From Thermoanaerobaculia bacterium (lineage in GTDB: Bacteria > Acidobacteriota > Thermoanaerobaculia > Gp7-AA8), in the NCBI GenBank assembly GCA_041671505.1, contig JBAZBK010000001.1, forward strand, positions 5,582-69,581: a stretch of DNA of 64,000 bases, given 5' to 3'. Under the pieces are notes generated by a model, which was given only the letters and a program-made list of their open reading frames with translations, was not told where the DNA came from and searched no databases. A program made the translations under genes and the position numbers. Below, piece after piece: positions 24,758-32,504 of this stretch (its first letter is position 1; every line of letters starts with the position of its first letter).

Positions 24758-26275
24758 ATGACCGAACAGAACGACACCGCAAAGACCCCGGGCATCCTCA
24801 AGCCTCTCCTCGTCACCGCGCTCGTCACGGCGGTGCTCGCGATCGGCGCGACGGCGCTGCTCGTCAACATCTTCGAGAAGAAGGAAGAGGCGAAGAATCC
24901 CTTCTTCCGCGTCGTCGAGCTCGACGACGAAACCGAGGATCCGGAGATCTGGGGCAAGAACTTCCCGATGCAGTACGACGGCTACAAGAAGACCGTCGAC
25001 CAGGTCCGCACCCGCTTCGGCGGCAGCGAGGCGGTTCCGCACACGCCGACCTCCGCCGACCCGCGCGCCGTCATCTCGCAGTCGAAGATCGAAGAGGATC
25101 CGCGCCTCAAGACGCTCTGGGCCGGCTATGCCTTCGCGAAGGATTTCCGCGAGGAGCGCGGCCACGCCTACATGCTCGAGGACCAGATCTTCACCGAGCG
25201 CCAGCAGGTCAAGCAGCCGGGAACCTGCCTCCACTGCCACGGGTCGATGTACCTCCCCTACAAGCACGCGGGGAACGGCGACCTGATCAAGGGCTTCGAG
25301 AAGATCAACCCGATGCCTTACATGGAAGCGAAGAACCTGGTGAAGCATCCGATCGCCTGCATCGACTGCCACGACCCGAAGACGATGGCGCTCCGCGTGA
25401 CCCGCCCAGGCTTCATCGAGGGAATCGCGGCGCTCAAGGAGTCGCAGGGAATCAAGGGCTACGACGTCAACAAGATGGCGACGCGCGCCGAGATGCGCTC
25501 CTACGTCTGCGGCCAGTGTCACGTCGAGTACTACTTCAAGGGGCCCGAAAAGCGCCTCACCTACCCCTGGGCCAACGGCATCAAGGCCGATCAGATCCTC
25601 GAGTACTACACGACCGGCAACGGCAAGGAGCACAAGGACTGGACGCACGCGGAGACCGGAGCTCCGACGCTCAAGGCGCAGCACCCCGAGTTCGAGATGT
25701 GGAACCAGGGCATCCACGCGCGGAGCGGCGTCGCCTGCGCCGACTGCCACATGCCCTACACCCGCGTCGGCGCCCTGAAGATCAGCGACCACCACGTGCA
25801 GAGCCCGCTGCTCAACACGAACAACGCCTGCCAGACCTGCCACAAGTGGTCCGAGGAAGAGATGAAGGCGCGCGTCGAGACGATCCAGGAGCGAACCTGG
25901 GAGATGCGCAACCGCTCGATGGACGCCCTCATGGAGCTGATCAACGACATCAAGGCGGCGCAGGCGGCAGGGGTCTCCGAAGCGCAGATCACGGAAGCGC
26001 AGATCGCGCAGAGGAAGGGGCAGTTCCTGCTCGACTTCGTCGAGGCGGAGAACTCGACCGGCTTCCACGCCCCGCAGGAGGCCGCCCGCATCCTCGACCT
26101 GTCACTCGACTACACCCGCAAGGGACAGCTCGCGTTGCGCGCGAAGTTCCCGCAGGTCGTCGTCGTCGGCCAGCCGCCGCTGCCGCCGCCTCCCGCGGCT
26201 GCGGCGCCCGACGCTCACGGCGCGGCACCCGCAGCAACTCCCGCCCCGGCACCCGCGGCAAAGTCGGGACGGTAG
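24758..26275 (+). CDS. nrfA: pentaheme cytochrome c nitrite reductase (ammonia-forming)
   Basis: Five CxxCH motifs (CLHCH, CIDCH, CGQCH, CADCH, CQTCH) and NrfA-like spacing, with a Pro/Ala-rich C-terminal tail. Confidence 0.9.
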   Translation: MTEQNDTAKTPGILKPLLVTALVTAVLAIGATALLVNIFEKKEEAKNPFFRVVELDDETEDPEIWGKNFPMQYDGYKKTVDQVRTRFGGSEAVPHTPTSADPRAVISQSKIEEDPRLKTLWAGYAFAKDFREERGHAYMLEDQIFTERQQVKQPGTCLHCHGSMYLPYKHAGNGDLIKGFEKINPMPYMEAKNLVKHPIACIDCHDPKTMALRVTRPGFIEGIAALKESQGIKGYDVNKMATRAEMRSYVCGQCHVEYYFKGPEKRLTYPWANGIKADQILEYYTTGNGKEHKDWTHAETGAPTLKAQHPEFEMWNQGIHARSGVACADCHMPYTRVGALKISDHHVQSPLLNTNNACQTCHKWSEEEMKARVETIQERTWEMRNRSMDALMELINDIKAAQAAGVSEAQITEAQIAQRKGQFLLDFVEAENSTGFHAPQEAARILDLSLDYTRKGQLALRAKFPQVVVVGQPPLPPPPAAAAPDAHGAAPAATPAPAPAAKSGR

Positions 26276-26279
26276 ACCT

Positions 26280-26580
26280 AACCTGATGCGGTCACTCGAA
26301 GGGCGCGGGCAACCGCGCCCTTCGCATGTGGAGTGCGCAAGCGAGAGCTTGCGCCCTTCCTCGGCGGAAGCGGCAGCTTCCGCTCCGTCGCCCGCGCAGC
26401 CGACCGCCGAAGCTGCATGTGGGGTACGAAAGCGAAGCTTTCGCGGCGGCGTGAAGCGCCGCAAAAACCGACAGGGGCACGTCGCCGTGCCCCTGCATAC
26501 TTCGCCGAAGCTCTCGCTTCGGCATGGAAGAGCGCAAGCTCTCGCTTGCGCACTCCACATCGCTACTTTGCGACCAACAC
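26280..26580. repeat. Array of about 8 consecutive GC-rich hairpins (REP/BIME-like) including two copies of the GTGGAGTGCGMAAGC motif
   Basis: Perfect inverted repeats at 26299-26324 (11-bp stem), 26333-26352, about 26380, 26415-26435, 26471-26490, 26499-26520 and 26531-26553. The last ends ...gcgcactccacat, as at 15961 and 49990. Confidence 0.6.
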
Positions 26581-27771
26581 GGTCGCCGCAACCGCCGCGA
26601 GCGCCTCTTCCAGATCCATCCGGATGTCGGCGAGATCCTCGCAACCGACCGCTAACCTAACCAGGCCGGGGGTGATCCCCTGGAGCCTCTGCTCCTCGAC
26701 GGGCACGCCCTTGTGCGTCATCGACGCAGGGTGCTCGATCAGCGACTCGACACCGCCGAGCGAAACCGCGAGCGTGATCATCTTCACCGCGTTCATCGCG
26801 ACGCGTCCCGCCTCGACGCCGCCGTGGAGCTCGAAGGCGATCACCGATCCGGGGCCCGACATCTGCTTCTTCGCCAGAGCGTACTGCGGATGCGACGGAA
26901 GTCCCGGATAGCGGACCCACGCAACTGCCTCGTGCTTCTCGAGCCACTCGGCGATCGCCATCGCGTTCTGCTGCGCGCGCTCCACCCGCATTCCGAGCGT
27001 CCGGATGCCGCGCAGGACGAGCCACGCCTGGTGAGGGTCCATCGTGCAGCCGAAAGCGATCGTCACGTCGCGGATCGCCTTGAGATGCTCGGGCTTGCTG
27101 GTGATGACGATGCCTGCGACGACATCCGCATGGCCGTTGAGCGACTTCGTCATCGAATGGAGGACGATGTCGGCGCCGAGCTCGAGCGGGCGCTGCAGGA
27201 TCGGGCCGGCGAAGGTGTTGTCGACGACGAGAGGAATCCCGGCACCGCGCGCCGCGGCCGCCGCGGCCTCGAGGTCGACGAGGTCGACCGTCGGGTTCGC
27301 AGGCGTCTCGACGAAGATCAGGCGCGTCTCCGCACGGATCGCCGAGGCGATCCCCGCTGCGTCGACCGACGCGACGTAGGTCGCCGTGATCCCGAAGCGG
27401 GAGAAATACTTGTCCATCAGACCGCGCGAGGGGCCGTAGACGGGGTGGGTCATCACGACGTGATCGCCCTGGCGAAGCAGCGCGAGGAGCACCGAGCTCA
27501 CCGCTGCCATGCCGGTCGAAGTCGCAACGGCGCCGCAGCCCCCTTCGAGGTCGGCGACACACGCCTCGAGCGCCTGCACTGTCGGGTTGCCGAGCCGCGT
27601 GTAGATCGGGCCGGACGACTCTCCAGCGAAGCGCGCCGCCCCTTCTTCCGCCGTCGGGAACGCGAACGTCGAGCTCTGGTAAATCGGAACCGAGACCGCG
27701 CCGCGGTGCTCGGACGGGTCGAGCCCGCCATGAATGATCGTCGTGTTGCGTCCCGCTGAACCCTTCTTCAT
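26563..27771 (-). CDS. PLP-dependent Cys/Met-metabolism enzyme (methionine gamma-lyase / cystathionine gamma-synthase family)
   Basis: 402 aa. Contains the SMTKSLNGH PLP-lysine motif of the family, with a GAGGGAG Shine-Dalgarno. Confidence 0.85.
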   Translation of the reverse strand: MKKGSAGRNTTIIHGGLDPSEHRGAVSVPIYQSSTFAFPTAEEGAARFAGESSGPIYTRLGNPTVQALEACVADLEGGCGAVATSTGMAAVSSVLLALLRQGDHVVMTHPVYGPSRGLMDKYFSRFGITATYVASVDAAGIASAIRAETRLIFVETPANPTVDLVDLEAAAAAARGAGIPLVVDNTFAGPILQRPLELGADIVLHSMTKSLNGHADVVAGIVITSKPEHLKAIRDVTIAFGCTMDPHQAWLVLRGIRTLGMRVERAQQNAMAIAEWLEKHEAVAWVRYPGLPSHPQYALAKKQMSGPGSVIAFELHGGVEAGRVAMNAVKMITLAVSLGGVESLIEHPASMTHKGVPVEEQRLQGITPGLVRLAVGCEDLADIRMDLEEALAAVAATVLVAK

Positions 27772-27953
27772 CTGGATGCTCCCTCTGGCTGAAATCGTTC
27801 GGTCGGTCCCGGCCGGAAGCGCCGGCGGAACGGCGCATTCTCCACCGGATCGCCCGGCGTTCCCTATGCTCCCTCAACCATCGCCTCGTGATCGGCGTCA
27901 CCGGAAGGTGAGCCGATTCGTCGGCGGTGGGGCCATCCGGAGCGCGCACGACC

Positions 27954-28118
27954 TGTCATCCCGACGACCGATCCCGCGCAGCGGGAGCGGAAGGAGGGAC
28001 CTCGCAGGCTGGTACATATGGTGTACTTCTCCACCGCCGTCGCCCGTGGCACGTCAGTACCAGCCTGCGAGGTCCCTCCTCCTTCCCCCGCTTCGCGTGG
28101 TCAGTCGTCGGGACGACA
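27954..28118. repeat. MITE-like 165-bp palindromic element, family C (TGTCATCCCGACGA ... GCAGGCTGGTACA ...)
   Basis: Left arm ctgtcatcccgacgaccgatcccgcgcagcgggagcggaaggagggacctcgcaggctggtac; right arm gtaccagcctgcgaggtccctcctccttcccccgcttcgcgtggtcagtcgtcgggacgaca. Highly similar copies are at 47756 and 48522. Confidence 0.6.
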
Positions 28119-28392
28119 ATTCGCTCGGAGGTTGCCAGATATAGCCAGCTTCCTGGAAACGACACGCTGAAGGCCCTCTCTCCGCCCGCACGTCCGCCTT
28201 CCAGCTCTCTCGCACCCCTTTCTCTCCCCGCGTTCACCGAATCTCGACACCGTTCGAAATCCCGGCGCGGGGGACGCTGTTCGAAACCTCGGAATCCGAA
28301 TCGAGTCTCATCGGATGACGGGGGTGCGCGGCGCGCGGCGACGCGTGTGCGCGGTGCTCCCGGGGAATTCGCAGTGGAAGGAAGCCGATCGA

Positions 28393-29121
28393 ATGTTCGA
28401 CCGTAAGTTCTTCGCCGAGGGTGCCGCGATCGTCGTTCTCGCGGTGCTCTGCGCAGCTGTCTCCAATTTCGCCGCCGCGAGAGAGCGTAAAGTCGCGCTC
28501 GTTGGAAGCTACCCGCGCGCACTTCAGGTACCCGCGACGGTGACCGACCCCGCGCCCGAGGCGGCGACGACGGCGGTTGCCGTGACGGACACGGCTTCGG
28601 CGACGACGACGGAAACCACGACGGCGACGGAGTCCGCCACGACAACGACGACGCCGACCGCGACGGCGACGGAAACGATGACGCCGCCATCAACGACGAC
28701 ACACGCACCGACCGCTCAAGTGAAACTCCCGGCCGGCGTTCCGGTGCCACCGAAACCGCGAAAAGTCTTCCTCCCCCATCCCGACAAGGCGTTCGTCGAG
28801 ATCAGCAGCGAAGACGCCATGCAGCTCTGGCACGAGAAGGCGATCTTCATCGACGCCCGCCGCACCGACGTCTTCGCACAGGGGCACATCGCAGGCTCAC
28901 GCTCGATGCCGGTATGGGAAGCCGACATCGACGACCGCATCCGCGCCTTCTTCGACGAAGTCACCAACCAGCAGCAGCCGATCATCGTCTACTGCTCCGG
29001 AGGCAACTGCGAAGACTCGCACATGCTCGCCGACAAGCTCTGGGGCGTCGGCTACGAAAACGTTCTCGTCTACGCCGACGGCTTCCCCGCGTGGCAGAAG
29101 ATGGGGGGAGCTGTCGAGTAG
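28393..29121 (+). CDS. membrane-anchored rhodanese-domain sulfurtransferase with Thr/Ala-rich linker
   Basis: Start at 28393 (MFDRKFFAEGAAIVVLAVL is a TM anchor) with a GGAAGGAAG Shine-Dalgarno. Contains a low-complexity T/A linker and a rhodanese domain with active-site YCSGGNCEDS. Confidence 0.75.
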   Translation: MFDRKFFAEGAAIVVLAVLCAAVSNFAAARERKVALVGSYPRALQVPATVTDPAPEAATTAVAVTDTASATTTETTTATESATTTTTPTATATETMTPPSTTTHAPTAQVKLPAGVPVPPKPRKVFLPHPDKAFVEISSEDAMQLWHEKAIFIDARRTDVFAQGHIAGSRSMPVWEADIDDRIRAFFDEVTNQQQPIIVYCSGGNCEDSHMLADKLWGVGYENVLVYADGFPAWQKMGGAVE

Positions 29122-29348
29122 GCAATGCGGAATTCGGAATGCGGAGTGCGGAATGAAGGCTCGATTTCCGCCGCTGCGCCGACACCGCAATGAAGAATGG
29201 AGAATGTCGAATGAAGAATGAAGAAGCAAGAACCGCGCAAGGGTGCGGCGAGTCCACGACTCGGGCCGTTTCTCAATTCTTCATTCCTCATTCTTCATTC
29301 GACATTTCGGTTTGCCATTCCGCAATCCGCATTCCGCAATCCGCATTG
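29122..29348. repeat. MITE-like nested palindrome, family B (arms built from GAATG / AAGAATG tandem repeats)
   Basis: Outer arms gcaatgcggaattcggaatgcggagtgcggaatgaagg and its reverse complement; inner arms caatgaagaatggagaatgtcgaatgaagaatgaagaag and cttcattcctcattcttcattcgacatttcg. A second copy is at 58051. Confidence 0.6.
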
Positions 29349-29356
29349 ACGAAATC

Positions 29357-29851
29357 ATGACGAACCTTCGCACCTTTCTCACCTCCGACTGGCTGACGGT
29401 TCGCGTGCAGATCGCGCTCGGCGCGATCTTCGTCGCGGCGTCGCTGCCGAAGCTGCTCGACCCGCCGAGCTTCGCCCACATGATCTACAACTACCGGCTC
29501 GTGCCCGGCTTCGCGATCAACGCGATCGCCCTCGTCATGCCGTGGCTCGAGATCCTCTGCGGCGTCGCGCTGATCCTCGGGATCTGGCGTCGCCCCGCCG
29601 CGGCGATCATCGGGGCGATGCTCGTCGTCTTCATCATCGCGATCTCGATCAACCTCGGCCGCGACAACGCCGTCAACTGCGGTTGCTTCGACATCACCTC
29701 GGCGAACAAGTCGCACGACGAGCTCGTCGGCGAGATGTGGTGGGTCATCACACGCGACATCGGAATGCTGCTCATGGTCGCCCAGATCCTCCGGGCCTCG
29801 GGCCAGCGGCCCGCGAGCCTGCAGGACGATGCCGTCGCCGTGGTCGACTGA
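29357..29851 (+). CDS. MauE/DoxX-family membrane protein
   Basis: Four hydrophobic helices and the MauE-type NCGCF motif. Confidence 0.65.
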   Translation: MTNLRTFLTSDWLTVRVQIALGAIFVAASLPKLLDPPSFAHMIYNYRLVPGFAINAIALVMPWLEILCGVALILGIWRRPAAAIIGAMLVVFIIAISINLGRDNAVNCGCFDITSANKSHDELVGEMWWVITRDIGMLLMVAQILRASGQRPASLQDDAVAVVD

Positions 29852-29908
29852 AGGAATAGCGGACGGCACCCGAGACATACGCTGCCCAAACACGAGGCAA
29901 CTCACACG

Positions 29909-30535
29909 ATGAAGAACCAGAAACGATTCCGGGCAATGCTCGCGGTGACCGCGGTGGTCGCGCTCGCGACGGCCTGCTCGAAGAGCGAACCCGCGACCTC
30001 CGTCGCGAGCCAGCCCTCCGCTCCGCCCACCATGACGACCGACGTTCCGGCACAGCCCCCCGCGGGCGAGCTTCAGCCGACGCCCGGCGCGCCGGTCGCA
30101 ACCTTCACGCCGTCGACCGACACCGCGGCGCCGATGCTTCCGGTGCTCGGATCGACTCCGATCCAGACGCCGTCCGACGAGCACACACAGTCGCCCGCGA
30201 AAACGGGAGTCCGGCGCATCGCTCCCGAAGAGGCGGCGGTGCTCGTGCAGAGCGGTGACGCGATCCTCGTCGACGTCCGGTCGCAGGAGGCGTTCGTGGC
30301 GGACCACATCCGCGGCGCGAAGCACATCCCCTACGGGGAGATCGAATTGCGGGCGCGACAGGAGCTTCCGCCGACCCGCTGGATCATCCCCTACTGCACG
30401 TGACCCGCTGAGGAATCAAGCGCCGGTGCGGCGCTCAAGCTCGAGGCTCTCGGATACAAGAACGTCGCCGCCCTGCTCGGCGGTCTGCACGCCTGGGAAG
30501 ATCGCGGATACCCGATGGCAACCGGCGCGAACTGA
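29909..30535 (+). CDS. lipoprotein rhodanese-domain sulfurtransferase with in-frame TGA (30401-30403) at the catalytic position: probable selenocysteine-containing rhodanese
   Basis: Lipoprotein signal peptide (LATAC) and a Pro-rich linker, then the rhodanese domain. The listed ORF stops at TGA after IIPYCT, but the same frame continues for 44 codons (PAEESSAGAALKLEALGYKNVAALLGGLHAWEDRGYPMATGAN) that align with the C-terminal half of single-domain rhodaneses such as GlpE (C-YHGNSSKGAAQYLLQQGY...GGFEAW). The TGA falls exactly on the catalytic Cys column. A 7-bp-stem hairpin AGCGCCG-GUG-CGGCGCU begins 16 nt after the UGA. Confidence 0.55.
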
Positions 30536-30544
30536 GTCGCAACT

Positions 30545-30625
30545 TCGGGGACTTCGGGGTCACACCTGGAAACCTGGACTTCCCGGCGCCGGAAGTCCAG
30601 GTTTCCAGGTGTGACCCCGAAGTTG
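30545..30625. other. very long near-perfect hairpin (about 36-bp arms) immediately downstream of the Sec-rhodanese gene
   Basis: gcaacttcgggg(acttcgggg)tcacacctggaaacctggacttcc cggcgccgg ggaagtccaggtttccaggtgtgaccccgaagttgc. The arms are perfect apart from a 9-bp duplication in the left arm. Confidence 0.6.
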
Positions 30626-30708
30626 CGGAGCTCCCTGATCCCCACCCATCACCGACGCCCCCGCCACAGCCGTGATAGAACTTTCTCTCCAACAACAGGA
30701 GGGAATGC

Positions 30709-32391
30709 ATGGACGCTCGCATCTGGCACAAGTGGTACGAGGATGGGATTCCGGCGAGCCTCGACTACCGCGACCTCCCGATCGCGCAGAACCTCTTCGA
30801 GGCGGCCCGCGTCTTCCCTAACCGCAGGGCGGTCGTCTTCGAGAACTGCGTCCTCACCTATGGCGAGCTCGACGACAAGGTCCGCCGATTCGCCTCAGGT
30901 CTCTCGGCCCTCGGCGTAAAGCCGGGGTCGCGCGTCGCGATTCAGCTCCCCAACCTCCCGCAGACCGTCATCGCCTACTACGCGACGCTCGCGCTCGGCG
31001 CGCAGGTCGTCATGACGAACCCGCTCTACGTGCCGCGCGAGATCATCCACCAGTGGAACGACGCCGCCGTCGAGGTCGCCATCGTCGGCGACTGGCTCTT
31101 CCAGCAGCGAGTCTCCGCGATCCGCGACGAGCTGCCGGCGAGGCACTACGTCACCACCGGCATCGCCGACCTGCTCGGGGCCCCGCTCCGCTGGCTCGCG
31201 CGGATCAAGCTCACGAAAGACGGGATGGCGGCGAAGGTTCCGCCACAACCCTCCGTGCACGCGTTCACCGACCTCGTCGCGACGCATCCACCGAAGACCG
31301 ACCTGCCGAAGATCGACCTCGACTCGGTCGCGGTGCTGCAGTACACCGGCGGAACGACCGGCCTCTCGAAGGGAGCGATGCTCACGCACCGCAACCTCAC
31401 CGCCAACGTGCAGCAGACCATCGCTTGGTTCCCCTCCCTCATCCCGGGACACGAAGTCTGGCTCACCTGCCTCCCCCTCTTTCACATCTTCGGTATGACG
31501 ATCGCCATGAACTGGCCGGTCGCGTTAGGCGGCACGATGGTGCTGATGCCGAACCCGCGCGACATCCCGAAGATGATCACGCTGATCGGAAAGCACCGGG
31601 TGAGCGTCTACCCCGCGCTTCCCGCCCTTTTCACGGCAGTCATCAACCACCCCGACTCGAAGAAGACCGACCTCACCTCGGTCAAGGGATGCTTCTCCGG
31701 CTCCGCGCCGCTCCCCGTCGCCATCCTCGAAGATTTCGAGGCGATGACCGGGGGAACGATCGTCGAGGGTTTCGGCATGACGGAGACCTCGCCCGTCACC
31801 CACTGCAATCCAGTCAAGGGAACGAGGAAAGTCGGCAGCATCGGCATCCCGATCTCCGACACCGACGCGCGCATCGTCGACATCGAGACGGGAACGACCG
31901 ATGTCCCCCTCGGGCACGAAGGCGAGCTCCTTCTCAAAGGCCCGCAGGTCATGCCCGGCTACCTCAACCGCCCCGACGAGACCGCCAGCGCTCTGCGCGA
32001 CGGCTGGATGCACACCGGCGACCTCGCGCGCATGGACGAGGACGGCTACTTCTGGATCTGCGGCCGCAAGAAGGACATGATTCTGACGAGCGGCTACAAC
32101 GTCTTCCCCGACGAGATCGACCGCATCCTCGCGAGCTGTCCAGCCGTCCTCGAGGCGGCGACCATCGGCATCCCCGACGCGAAGCGCGGCGAAGCAGTGA
32201 AGTCGTTCATCGTCCTCAAGCCGGGCATGCAGGCCACCGAAGAGGAGATCGTCGCCTTCTGCCGCGAGCAGCTCGCCGCGTACAAGGTCCCGCGCTTCGT
32301 CGAGTTCCGCGCGGAGCTTCCGAAGAGCGCCGTGCAGAAGATCCTCCGCCGCGAGCTCGTCGAAGAGGAAAAGCGAAAGGCGGCGCACTGA
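30709..32391 (+). CDS. fadD: long-chain fatty-acid--CoA ligase (AMP-dependent synthetase)
   Basis: LQYTGGTTGLSKGAMLTHRNL AMP-binding motif, GYGMTET-like and C-terminal motifs; 560 aa. Confidence 0.9.
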   Translation: MDARIWHKWYEDGIPASLDYRDLPIAQNLFEAARVFPNRRAVVFENCVLTYGELDDKVRRFASGLSALGVKPGSRVAIQLPNLPQTVIAYYATLALGAQVVMTNPLYVPREIIHQWNDAAVEVAIVGDWLFQQRVSAIRDELPARHYVTTGIADLLGAPLRWLARIKLTKDGMAAKVPPQPSVHAFTDLVATHPPKTDLPKIDLDSVAVLQYTGGTTGLSKGAMLTHRNLTANVQQTIAWFPSLIPGHEVWLTCLPLFHIFGMTIAMNWPVALGGTMVLMPNPRDIPKMITLIGKHRVSVYPALPALFTAVINHPDSKKTDLTSVKGCFSGSAPLPVAILEDFEAMTGGTIVEGFGMTETSPVTHCNPVKGTRKVGSIGIPISDTDARIVDIETGTTDVPLGHEGELLLKGPQVMPGYLNRPDETASALRDGWMHTGDLARMDEDGYFWICGRKKDMILTSGYNVFPDEIDRILASCPAVLEAATIGIPDAKRGEAVKSFIVLKPGMQATEEEIVAFCREQLAAYKVPRFVEFRAELPKSAVQKILRRELVEEEKRKAAH

Positions 32392-32504
32392 GAACGCCGG
32401 CCACCTGCGGATAGCTGCAACACTGCAAGCTATACTCGTCCTGTCCAGACAGTTGAATTCGAATCGGGCGACGATCGTCACTCGCGCCTGATGCGGCCGC
32501 GCGC

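Noticed and set aside
26286-26911. ORFs 26286..26660 +, 26292..26591 -, 26333..26911 + inside the hairpin array after nrfA
   Set aside because: These are translations of tandem GC hairpins and read similarly on both strands. There is no Shine-Dalgarno and they overlap the 3' end of the PLP-enzyme gene.
29909-30403. Interpreting the TGA-terminated rhodanese gene as a simple truncated pseudogene
   Set aside because: Considered, but the downstream 44 codons remain in frame, conserved and rhodanese-like, and the TGA aligns to the catalytic Cys. Sec recoding is the more parsimonious reading, though pseudogenisation cannot be excluded without genome context.
31053-32414. 453-aa alternative-frame ORF inside fadD
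   Set aside because: The +1 frame translation is Arg/His-rich and lacks AMP-binding motifs. The FadD frame is convincingly conserved.
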